Origin: the human T2T-CHM13v2.0 reference genome, Homo sapiens | Assembly (NCBI RefSeq): GCF_009914755.1 | Contig: NC_060933.1 | DNA length: 64,000 nt | Strand: one strand, 5' to 3' | Shown here: positions 13,540 to 26,700 of the stretch, in pieces | How the letters are laid out: every line of letters begins with the position of its first letter | Numbering within the stretch: the stretch's first letter is position 1 | Made by a program: the position numbers and the translations under genes | The notes under the pieces: model-generated | What the model saw: only the letters and a program-made list of their open reading frames with translations | What the model was told of the DNA's origin: nothing | Databases searched by the model: none

Positions 13540-16500
13540 CCAAAATAGAATGGAATGGAATGGAATGGAACGGAATGGAACGGAATGGAATGGAATGGAA
13601 TGGAATGGAATGGAATGGTATGGAATGGAATGGAATGGTACGGAATAGAATAGAATGGAACGAATTGTAATGGAATGGAATTGAATGGAATGGAATGGAA
13701 TGGAATGGAATCAACGCGAGTGCAGGGGAATGTAATGGAACGGAATGCAATAGAATGGAATCATCCGGAATGGAATGCAATGGAATGGAATGGAATGGAA
13801 TGGAATCAACCCGAGTGCAATGGAATGGATTGGAATGGAATTGAATGGAATGGAACAACCCGAATGGAATGGAATGTAATGGAGAGTAAGGGAGTTGAAT
13901 AGAATGAATCCGAATGTAATGGAATGGAATGCAACGGAATGGAATGGAATAGAATGGAATGCAATGGAATGGAATCAACCCGAGTACAATGGAATGGAAT
14001 GGAATGGAATGGAATGGAATGGAATGGAATGGAATGGAATGGAATGAAATGGAATGATACGGAATAGAATGGAATGGAACGAAATGGAATGGAATGGAAT
14101 GGAATGGAATGGAATGGAATGGAATGGAATGGAATAGTTCCGAGTGGAATAGGAGGGAATGTATTCGAGTGGAATGGAAAGGAATGGAATCAACCAGAGT
14201 GGAATGGAAGGAAATGAAATGGAATGGAAACTAATGGAATGGAATCAAACCGAGTGGAATGGAATGGAAAGGACTGGAATGGAATGGAATGGAATGGAAT
14301 CAACTCGATTGTAATGTAATGGAATGGAATGGAATGGAATGCAGTGGAATGGAATGGAATCAACCCGAGTGCAGGGGAATGGAATGGAATGGAATGCAAT
14401 GGAATGGAATCACCCGGAATGGAATGGAATGGAATGGAAGGCAAAGCAATGGAATCAACTCGATTGCAGTGGAATGGAATGGAATGGAAAGGAATACATT
14501 GGAATCAACCCGAGTGGAATGGAATGGAAAGGACTGGAATGGAGTGGAATGGAATGGAATGGAATCGAATGGAATCAACTCGATTGGAATGGAATGGAAT
14601 GGAATGGAATGGAATTAACCCGAATAGAATGGAATGCAATGGAATGGAACAGAACGGAATGGAATGGAATGGAACGGAATGGAATGGAATGGAATGGAAT
14701 CAACCCGACTGCAGGGGAATGGAATGGAAGGGAATGCAATGGAATGGATTCAACTTGAATGGAATGGAAAGAATGGAATCAACACGAGTGGAATGGCATG
14801 GATTGGAATGGAATGGAATGGAATGAACCCGAGTACAGGGGAATGGAATGGAATGGAATGCAATGGAATGGAATCATCCGTAATGGAATGGAAAGGAATG
14901 GAATGGAATGGAATGGAATGGAATGGAATGGAATGGAATCAACTCGATTGCAATCGAATGGAATGGAATGGAATTAACCCGAATAGAATGGAATGGAATG
15001 GAATGGAACGGAACGGAACGGAATGGAATGGATTGGAATGGAATGGAATGGAATGGAATGGAACGGAAAGGAATGGAATGGAATGCAATGGAGTGGAATG
15101 GAATGGAATGGAATCAACGCGAGTGCAGGGGAATGGAATGGAATGGAATGCAATGGAATGGAATCTTCCGGAATGGAATGGAATGGAATGGAATGGAATG
15201 GAATCAACCCGAGTGCAATGGAATGGAGTGGAATGGAATGGAATGGAATGGAACAACCCGAATGGAATGGAATGTAATGGAGAGTAAGGGAGTTGAATAG
15301 AATCAATCCGAATGTAATGGAATGGAATGGAACGGAATGGAATTGAATGGAATGCAATGGAATTGAATCAACCCGAGTGCAATGGAATGGAGAGGAATGG
15401 AATGGAATGGAATGGAAACTACCCGAATGGAATGGAATGTAATGGAGTGTAAGGGAATTGAATAGAATCAATCCGAATGTAATGGAATGGAATTGAACGG
15501 AATGGAATGGAATGGAATGGAATGGAATGGAATGGAATGCAATGGAATGGAATCAACCCGAGTGCAATCGAATGGAATCGAATGGAATGGAATGCAATGG
15601 AATGGATTCAACTTGAATGGAATGGAAAGAATGGAATCAACACGAGTGGAATGGCATGGATTGGAATGGAATGGAATGGAATCAACCCGAGTACAGGGGA
15701 ATGGAATGGAATGGAATGCAATGGAATGGAATCATCCGTAATGGAATGGAAAGGAATGGAATGGAATGGAATGGAATGGAATGGAATGGAATGGAATGGA
15801 ATCAACTCGATTGCAATCGAATGGAATGGAATGGAATTAACCCGAATAGAATGGAATGGAATGGAATGGAACGGAACGGAATGGAATGGAATGGAATGGA
15901 ACGGAACGGAATGGAATGGAATGGAATGGAATGGAATGGAATGGAATGGAATGGAATCAACGCGAGTGCAGGGGAATGGAATGGAATGGAATGCAATGGA
16001 ATGGAATCTTCCGGAATGGAATGGAACGCAATGGAATGGAATGAAATGCAATGGATTCAACTCGATTGCAATGGAATGGAATAGAATGGAATGGAATGGA
16101 ATGGAATGGAATTAATCCGAATAAAATGGAATGGAATGGAATGGAATGGAATGGAATGGAATGGTATGGTATGGAATGGAATGGAATGGTACGGAATAGA
16201 ATGGAATGGAACGAATTGTAATGGAATGGAATTGAATGGAATGGAATGGAATGGAATGGAATCAACGCGAGTGCAGGGGAATGTAATGGAACGGAATACA
16301 ATGGAACGGAATCATCCGGAAAGGAATGGAATGGAATGGAATCAACCCGAGTGCAATGGAATGGAGTGGAATGGAATGGAATGGAATGGAACAACCCGAA
16401 TGGAATGGAATGTAATGGAGAGTAAGGGAGTTTAATAGAATCAATCCGAATGTAATGGAATGGAATGCAACGGAATGGAATGGAATGGAATGCAATGGAA

Positions 16501-17750
16501 TTGAATCAACCCGAGTACAATGGAATGGAATGGAATGGAATGGAATGGAATGGAATGGAATGGAATGGAATGATACGGAATAGAATGGAATGGAACGAAA
16601 TGGAATGGAATGGAATGGAATGGAATGGAATGGAATGGAATGGAATGGAATGGAATCTTTCCGAGTGGAATAGGAGGGAATGTATTCGAGTGGAATGGAA
16701 AGGAATGGAATCAACCAGAGTGGAATGGAAGGGAATGGAATGGAATGGAAACTAATAGAATGGAATCAACCCGAGTGGAATGGAATGGAAAGGACTGGAA
16801 TGGAATGGAATGGAATGGAATCAACTCGATTGTAATGGAATGGAATGGAATGGAATGGAATGGAATGGAATGGAATGGAATGGAATGGAATTAACCCGAA
16901 TACAATGCAATGGAATGGAATGGAACGGAATGGAGTGGAATGGAATGGAATCAACCCGAGTGCAAGGGAATGGAATGGAATGGAATGCAATGGAATGGAA
17001 TCATCCGGAATGGAATGGAATGGAATGGAATGCAAAGCAATGGAATCAACACGATTGCAATGGAATGGAATGGAATGGAAAGGAATACATTGGAATCAAC
17101 CCGAGTGGAATGGAATGGAAAGGACTGGAATGGAGTGGAATGGAATGGAATGGAATGGAATGGAATGGAATGGAATCAACCCGAGTGCAATGGAATGGAG
17201 TGGAATGGAATGGAATGGAATGAAACAACCCGAATGGAATGGAATGTAATGGAGAGTAAGGGAGTTGAATAGAATCAATCCAAATGTAATGGAATGGAAT
17301 GGAACGGAATGGAATTGAATGGAATGGAATGGAATGCAATGGAATGGAATCAACCCGAGTGCAATGGAATGGAGAGGAATGGAATGGAATGGAATGGAAT
17401 GGAATGGAAACTACCCGAATGGAATGCAATGTAATGGAGTGTAAGGGAATTGAATAGAATGAATCCGAATGGAATGGAATGGAATGGAACGGAATGTAAT
17501 GGAATGGAATGGAATGGAATCAAACCGAGTGCAGGGGAATGGAATGGAATGGAATGCAATGGAATGGAATCATCCGGAATGGAATGGAATGGAATGCAAT
17601 GGAATGGAATGGAATGGAATCAACCCGAGTGCAATGGAAAGGAGTGAAATGGAATGGAATGGAATGGAAACAACCAGAATGGATTGGAATATAATGGAGT
17701 GTAAGGGAATTGAATAGAATAAATCTGAATGTAATGAAATGGAATGGAAC
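13540..17750 (+). repeat. Dispersed copy of about 1020-4640 joined to about 6750-7320 (offset about 12.5 kb, then about 10.4 kb)
   Basis: Shared private variants: GAATGAATCC, TAGTTCCGAG, GAAGGAAATGAAAT, CACCCGG, GATTGCAGTGG, CCGAATAAAA and GGGAGTTTAATAG, then TGAAACAACCCG, CAATCCAAATG and AATAAATCTGAA. Confidence 0.8.
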
Positions 17751-20700
17751 GGAATGGGATGGAATGGAATGGAATGGAATGGAAGGGAATGGAATGGAAT
17801 GGAATTAACCTGAACAGAATGGAATGGAATGGTATGGAATGGAATGGAATGGAATGGAATGGAATGCAATGGAATGGAATCAATCAACGCGAGTGCAATA
17901 GAATGCAGTGGAATGGAATGGAATGGAATGGAAAGTACCCGAATGGAATGGAATGGAATGGAGTGTAAGGGAATTAAAAAGAATCAATCCGAATGTAATG
18001 GAATGGAATTGAAAGGAAAGGAATGGAATGGAATGGAATGGAATGGAATGGAATGGAATGGAATGGAATGAAATGGAATGGCGTAGAATGGAATGGAATC
18101 AACCCGAGCGCAATGGAATGGAATGGAATGGAATGGAATGGAATGGAATGGATTCAACCCGAATGGAATGGAAAGGAATGGAATAAACCCGAGTGAAATG
18201 GCATGGAAGGGAATGGAATGGAATGGAATGGTACGGAGTAGAATGGAATGGAACGAAATGGAATGGAATGGAATGGAATGGAATGGGTTCAATTCGAATG
18301 GAATGGAAAGGAATGGAATCAACCCGAGTGCAATGGCATGGAATGGAATGGAATGGAATGGAATGGAATGGAATGGAATGGAATGGATTCAACCCAAATG
18401 GAATGGAAAGGAATGGAATAAACCCGAGTGGAATGGCATGGAATGGAGTGGAATGGAATGGAATGGAATGGAATGGAATGGAATGGAATGGAATGGAATT
18501 AACCCTAATAGAATAGAATGGAATCGAATGGAATGGAATAGAAGGGAATGGAATGGAATGGAATGGAATGGAATTAACCCGAATAGAATGGAATGGAATG
18601 GAATGGAATGGAATGGAATGGAATGGAATGGAATCAACTCGATTTCAATGGAATGGAATGGAATGGAATGGAATGGAAGGGAATGGAATGGAATGGAATG
18701 AAATTATCCTGAATTGAATGGAATGGAATGGAATGGAATGGAATGGAATGGAATGGAATAGAATGTAATCCAACCGAGTGCAGGGGAATGGAATGGAATG
18801 GAATGCAATGGAATGGAATCATTCGGAATGGAATGGAATGGAATGGAATGCAATGGAATGGAATGGAATCAACCCGATTGCAATGGAATGGAGTGGAATG
18901 GAATGGAATGGAATGGAAACAACACGAATGGAATGGAATGGAAAGGAATCGAATGGAATCAACCTGAGTGCAGGGGAATGGAATGGAATGGAATGCAATG
19001 GAATGTAATGGAATGGAATGCAATGGAATCAACCCGAGTGCAATGTAATGGAATCGAATGGAATGGAATGGAATGGAATGGATTCAACCCGAATGGAATG
19101 GAAAGGAATGGAATAAACCCGAGTGGAATGGCATGGAGTGGAGTGGAATGGAATGGAATGGAATAGAATGGAATGGTACGGAATAGAATGGAATGGAACG
19201 AAATGGAATGGAATGGAATGGAATGGAATGGAATGGAATGGAATCAAACCGAGTGCAGGGGAATGGAATGGAATTGAAGGCAATGGAATGGAATCATCCG
19301 GAATTGAATGGAATGGAATGGAATCAACTCGATTGCAATGGAATGGAATGGAATGGCATGGAATGGAATGGAATGGAATGCAATGCAATGGAATGCAATG
19401 GAATGGAATGGAATTAACCCGAATAGAATGGAATGGAATGGAATGGAAGTAAATGGAATGGAAGGTAATGAACCCGAGTGCAGGGGAATGGAATGGAATG
19501 GAATGCAATGGAATGGAGTCATCCGGAATGGAACGGAAAGGAATGGAATGGAACCAACCCGTGTGCAATGGAATTGAAAGGAATGGAATGGAATGGAATG
19601 GAATGGAATGGAATGGAATGGATTCAACCCGAATGGAATGGAAAGGAAGGGAATCAACCCAAGTGGAATGGCATGGAATGGAATGGATTGGAATGGAATG
19701 GAATGGAATGCTACCGAATAGAATGGAATGGAACGAAATGGAGTAGAATGGAATGGAATGGAATGCAATCAACCCGAGTGCAATGGAATGGAGTGGAATG
19801 GATTGGAATGGAATGGAAACAACCTGAATGGAATGGAATGAAATGGAGTGTAAGGGAATTGAATACAATCAAACCGAATGTAATGGAATGGAATGGAACG
19901 GAATGGAATGGAATGGAATGGAATGGAATGCAGTGGAATGGAATCAAACCTAGTGCAATGGAATGGAATGGAATGGAATGCAATGGAATGGAATGGAATC
20001 AATTCGATTGCAATGGAATGGAATGGAATGGAATGGAATGGAATGGGTTCAACTCGAATGGAATGGAATGGAATGGAATCAACCCGAGTGCAGGGGAATG
20101 GAATGGAATGGAATGCAATGGAATGGAATCATCCGGAATGGAATGGAATGGAATGGAATGCAAAGCAATGGAATCAACTCGATTGCAATGGAATGGAATG
20201 GAATGGAAAGGAATACATTGGAATCAACCCGAGTGGAATGGAATGGAAAGGACTGGAATGGAATGGAATGGAATGGAATGGAATGGAATGGAATCAACTC
20301 GATTGGAATGGAATGGAAAGGAATGGAATGGAATGGAATGGAATTAACCCGAATAGAATGGAATGGAATGGAATGGAATGGAATGGAATGGAATGGAATG
20401 GAATGGAATAGAGTGGAATGGAATGGAATGGAATAGAATGGAATCCACCCGAGTGCAGGGGAATGGAATGGAATGGAATGCAATGGAATGGAATCATACG
20501 GAATGGAATGGAATGGAAAGGAATGGAATCAACCCGATTGCAATGGAATGGAGTGGAATGGAATGGAATGGAATGGAAACAACCCGAAAGGAATGGAATG
20601 GAATGGAATGGAGTGTAAGGGAATTGAATAGAATCAATACGAATGTAATGGAATGGAATGGAACGGAATGGAATGCAATGGAATGGAATGGAATCCAATG

Positions 20701-23700
20701 GAATGGGTTCAACCCGAGTGCAATGGAATGGAATCGAAAGTAATGGAATGGAATGGAATGGATTCAACACGAATGGAATGGAAAGGAATGGAATCAACCC
20801 GAGTGGAATGGAATTTAATGGAATGGAATGGAATGGAATGCAGTGAAATGGAATCAAACCTAGTGCAATGGAATGGAATGGAATGGAATGGAATGGAATG
20901 GAATGGATTAGATTCAACCCAAATGGAATGGAAAGCAATGGAATCAACCCGAGTGGAATGGCATGGAATGGAATGGAATGGAATGGAATGGAATGGTACG
21001 GAATAGAATGGAATGGAACGAAATGGAATGGAATGGGATGGAATGGAATGGAATGGAATGGAATGGAATAGAATGGAATCCACCCGATTACAGGGGAATG
21101 GAATGGAATGGAATGCAAAGGAATGGAATGGAATGGATTCAACCCGAATGGAATGGAAAGGAAAGGAATAATCCCGAGTGAAATGGCATGGAAGGGAATG
21201 GAATGGAATGGAACGGTACGGAGTAGAATGGAATGGAACGAAATGGAATGGAATGGAATGGAATGGAATGAAACCGTGAGCAATGGAATGGAATGGAATG
21301 GAATGGAATGGAATGAAATTTGTTCAACTCGAATGGAATGGAAAGGAATGGAATCAACCCGAGTGGAATGGCATGGAATGGAATGGAATGGAATGGAATG
21401 GAATGGAATGGATTCAACCCGAATGGAATGGAAAGGAATGGAATAAACCCGAGTGGAATGGCATGGAACGGAGTGGAATGGAATGGAATGGAAGGGAATG
21501 GTACGGAATAGAATGGAATGGAACGAAATGGAATGGAATGGAACGGAATGGAATGGAATGGAATGGAAAGGAATGAACCCGTGTGCAATTGAATGGAATC
21601 GAATGGAATGGAATGCAATGGAAGGGTTCAAATAGAATGGAATGGAAAGGAATGGAATCAACCCCAGTGGAATGGCATGGTATGGAATGGAATGGAATGG
21701 AATGGAATGGAAAGGTACGGAATAGAATGGAATGGAACGAAATGGAATGGAATGGAATGGAATGAATGGAATGGAATGGAATAGAATGGAATCCACCCGA
21801 TTGCAGGGGAATGGAATGGAACGGAATGCAATGGAATGGAATGGAATGGATTCAACCCGAATGGAATGGAAAGGAATGGAATCAACCCGAGTGGAATGGC
21901 ATGGAATGGAATGGAATGGAATGGAATAGTACGGAATAGAATGGAATGGAACGAAATGGAATGGAATGGAATCAACCTGAGTGCAATGGAATGGAGTGGA
22001 ATGGAATGTAATGGAACGGAAACAACCCGAATGGAATGGAATGTAATGGAGTTTAAGGGAATTGAATACAACCAATCCGAATGTAATGGAATGGAATGGA
22101 ACGGAATGGAATGGAATGGAATGGAATGGAATGGAATGGAATGGAATGGAATGAAATGGAATGGCAGGGAATGGAATGGAATCAACCCGAGTGCAAAGGA
22201 ATGGAATGGAATGGAATGGAAGGGAATGGAATGGAATGGATTCAACCCGAATGGAATGGAAAGGAATGTAATAAACCTGAGTGGAATGGCATGGAATGGA
22301 ATGGAATGGAATGGAATGGTACGGAATAGAATGGAATGGAACGAAATGGAATGGAATGGAATGCAATGGAATGGAATCAACCTGAGTGCAATGGAATGGA
22401 GTGGAATGGAATGAAATGGAATGGAAACAACCGGAATGGAATGGAATGTAATGGAGTGTAAGGGAATTGAATACAATCAATCCGAATGTAATGGAATGGA
22501 ATGGAACGGAATGGAATGGAATGGAATGCCGTGGAATGTAATCAAACCTAGTGCAATGGAATGGAATGGAATGGAATGGAATGGAATGGAATGGAATGGA
22601 ATGGATTGGATTCAACCCAAATGGAATGGAAAGCAATGGAATCAACCCGAGTGGAATGGCATGGAATGGAATGGAATGGAATGGAATGGAATGGAATGGT
22701 ACAGAATAAAATGGAATGGAACGAAATGGAATGGAATGGAATGGAATGGAACGGAATGGAATGGAATCAACTCGATTGCAATGGAATGTAATGGAATGGA
22801 ATGGAATGGAATTAACGCGAATAGAATGGAATAGAATGTAATGGAACGGAATGGAATGGAATGGGATGGAATGGAATCAATCTGAGTGCAGGTGAATGGA
22901 ATGGAATGGAATGCAATGGAATGGAATGGAATGGAATGGAATGCAATGGAATCAACTAGATTGCAATGGGATGGAATGGAATGGAATGGAATGGAAGGGA
23001 ATGGAATGGAATGGAATTAACCTGAACAGAATGGAATGGAATGGAATGAAACGGAATGGAAGGGAATGGAATGGAATGGAATTAACCTGAACAGAATGGA
23101 ATGGAATGGAATGGAACGGAATGGAATGGAATGGAATGGAATGGAATGGAATGGAATGCAATGAAATGGGATCAACCCGAGTGCAGGGGAATGGAATGGA
23201 ATGGAATGCAATGGAATGGAATCAATGAACCCGAGTGCAATAGAATGCATTGGAATGGAATGGAATGGAATGGAAAGTACCCGAATGGAATGGAATGGAA
23301 TGGAGTATAAGGGAATTAAAAAGAATCAATCCGAATGTAATGGAATGGAATGTAACGGAATGGAATGTAATGGAATGGAATGGAATGGAATGGAATGGAA
23401 TCAACTCGATTGCAATGGAATGGAATGGAATGGAATGGAATGGAATGGAATGGAATGGAATGGAATTAACCCGAATAGAATGGAATGGAATGGAATGGAA
23501 TGGAATGGAATGGAATGGAAGGGAATGGAATGTAATGGAATGGAATGGAATTAACCCGAATAGAATGGAATGGAACGGAAAGGAAGGGAATGGAATGGAA
23601 TGTAATCAACTCGAGTGCAGGGGAAAGCAATGCAATGGAATGAAATGGAATGGAGTCATACGGAATGGAAGGGAATGGAATGGAATCAACCAGAGTGCAA

Positions 23701-26700
23701 TGGAATGGAGTGGAATGGAATGGAATAGAATGGAAACAACACGAATGGAATAGAATGTATTGGAGTGTAAGGGAATTGAATAGAATCAATCCGAATGTAA
23801 TTGAATAGAACGGAAAGGAATGGAATGGAATGGAATGGAATGGAATGGAATGAAACGGAATGGCATGGAATGGAATGGAATCAACCCGAGTTCAATGGAA
23901 TTGAATGGAATGGAATGGAATGGAATGGAATGGAATGGAATCAACTCGATTGCAATGGAATGGAATGGAATGGAATGGAATGGAATGGAATGGAATGGAA
24001 TGGAATGGAATTAACCCTACTAGAATGGAATGGAATGGAATGGAATGGAATAGAATGGAATGGAAGGGAATGGAATGGAATGGAATGGAATGGAATTAAC
24101 CCGAATAGAATGGAATGGAATGGAATGGAATGGAATGGAATGGAATGGAATGGAATCAACTCGATTTCAATGGAATGGAATGGAATGGAATGGAATGCAA
24201 TGGAAGGGAATGGAATGGAATGGAATGAAATTAACCCGAATAGAATGGAATGGAATGGAGTGGAATGGAATGGAATGGAATGGAATAGAATGGAATCCAC
24301 CCGAGTGCAGGGGAATGGAATGGAATGGAATGCAATGGAATGGAATCATACGGAATGGAATGGAATGGAATGGAATGCAATGGAATGGAATGGAATCAAC
24401 CCGATTGCAATGGAATGGAGTGGAATGGAATGGAATGGAATGGAAACAACCCGAATGGAATGGAATGTAATGGAGAGTAAGGGAATTGAATAGAATCAAT
24501 ACGAATGTAATGGAATGGAATGGAACGGAATGGAATGCAATGGAATGGAATGGAATGCAATGGAATGGGATCAACCCGAGTGAAATGGAATGGAATCGAA
24601 AGGAATGGAATGGAATGGAATGGTTTCAACCCGAATGAAATGGAAAGGAATGGAATCAACCCGAGTGGAATGGAATGGAATGGAATGGAATGGAATGGAA
24701 TGGAATGGGTTCAACTCGAATGGAATGGAAAGGAATGGAATCAACCCGAGTGGAATAGCATGGAATGGAATGGAATGGAATGGAATGGAATGGAAGGGAA
24801 TGGAATGGAATGGAATTAACCTGAACAGAATGGAAGGGAATGGAATGGAACGGAACGGAATGGAATGGAATGGAATGGAATGGAATGGAATGCAATGGAA
24901 TGGGATCAACCCGAGTACAGGGGAATGGAATGCAATGGAATGCAATGAAATGGAATCATCCGGAATGGAATGGAATGGAATGGAATGCAATCAATCAACC
25001 CGAGTGCAATAGAATGCAGTGGAATGGAATGGAATGGTATGGAAACTACCCGAATGGAATAGAATGTAATGGAGTGTAAGGGAATTAAAAAGAATCAATC
25101 CGAATGTAATGGAATTGAATGGAACGGAATGGAATGGAATGGAATGGAATGGAATGGAATTAACCCGAATAGAATGAAAAGGAATGGAATGGAATGGAAT
25201 GGAATGGAATGGAATGGAATGGAATGGAATGGAACGGAATAGAATGGAATGGAACGAAATGGAATGGAATGAAATGGAATGGAATGGAATGGAATGGAAT
25301 GGAATCAACCCGAGTGCAGGGGAATGGAATGGAATTGAAGGCAAAGGAATGGAATCATATGGAATTGAATGGAATGGAATGGAATCAACTCGATTGCAAT
25401 GGAATGGAATGGAATGGAATGGAATGGAATGGAATGGAATGGAATGGAATGGAATGGAATGGAATTAACCCGAATAGAATGGAATTGAATGGAATGGAAT
25501 GGATTGGAAGTAAATGGAATGGAATGTAATGAACCCGAGGGCAGGGGAATGGAATGGAATGGAATGCAATGGAATTGAGTCATCCGGAATGGAACAGAAA
25601 GGAATGGAATGGAATCAACCCGTGTGCAATGGAATGGAAAGGAATGGAATGGAATGGAATGGAATGGAAAGGATTCAACCCGAATGGAATGGAAAGGAAG
25701 GGAATCAACCCAAGTGGAATGGCATGGAATGGAATGGAATGGAATGGAATGGAATGGTACCGAATAGAATGGAATGGAACGAAATGGAATAGAATGGAAT
25801 GGAATGGTATGGAAACAACCCGAATGGAATGGAATGAAATGGACTGTAAGGGAATTGAATACAATCAATCCGAATGTAATGGAATGGAATGGAACGGAAT
25901 GGAATGGAATGGAATGGAATGCAGTGGAATGGAATCAAACCTAGTGCAATGGAATGGAATGGAATGGAATGGAATGGAATGGAATGGAATGGATTCAACC
26001 CAAATGGAATGGAAAGCAATGGAATCAACGTGAGTGGAATGGCATGGAATGGAATGGAACGGAATGGAATGGAATGGAATGGAATGGAATGGAATGGAAT
26101 GGTACGGAATAGAATGGAATGGAACGAAATGGAATGGAATGGAATGGAATGGAACGGAAAGGAATGGAATCAACTCGATTGCAATGGAATGCAATGGAAT
26201 GGAATGGAATGCAATTAAAGCGAATAGAATGGAATGGAATGGAACGGAATGGAATGGAATGGAATGGAATGGAATCGAATGGAATCAACCTGAGTGCAGG
26301 GGAATGGAATGGAATGGAATGCAATGGAATGTAATGGAATGGAATGCAATGGAAACAACTCGATTGCAATGGAATGGAATGGAATGGAATGGAAGGGAAA
26401 GGAATGGAATGGAATTAACCTGAACAGAATGGAATGGAATGGAATGGAACGGAATGGAATGGAATGGATTCAACCCGAATGGAATGGAAAGGAATGGAAT
26501 AAACCCGAGTGGAATGGCATGGAATGGAATGGAATGGAATGGAATGGTACGGAATAGAATGGAATGGAACGAAATGGAATGGAATGGAATGGAATGGAAT
26601 GGAATGGAATGCAATCAACCTGAGTGCAATGGAATGGAATGGAATGGAATGGAACGGAATGGAAACAACCCGAATGGAATGGAATGTAATGGAGTGTAAG

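Larger units (their letters stand above)
1..17750 (+). repeat. HSat3 dialect A, domain A1
   Basis: Recurrent markers: GAGAGTAAGGGAGTTGAATAG; (C/A)GTTCCGAGTGGAATAGGAGGGAATGTATTCGAG and close variants (816, 1600, 4161, 8988, 12338, 14136, 16657); GATTCAACTTGAATGGAATGGAAAGAATGG; CATCCGTAA; TCTTCCGG; GGAATACATTGG. Confidence 0.85.

Noticed and set aside
20294-22645. 783-aa minus-strand ORF (poly-FHSIP)
   Set aside because: (ATTCC)n has no stop codon in any frame and few single changes create one, so long ORFs are expected. No domain or non-repeat sequence.
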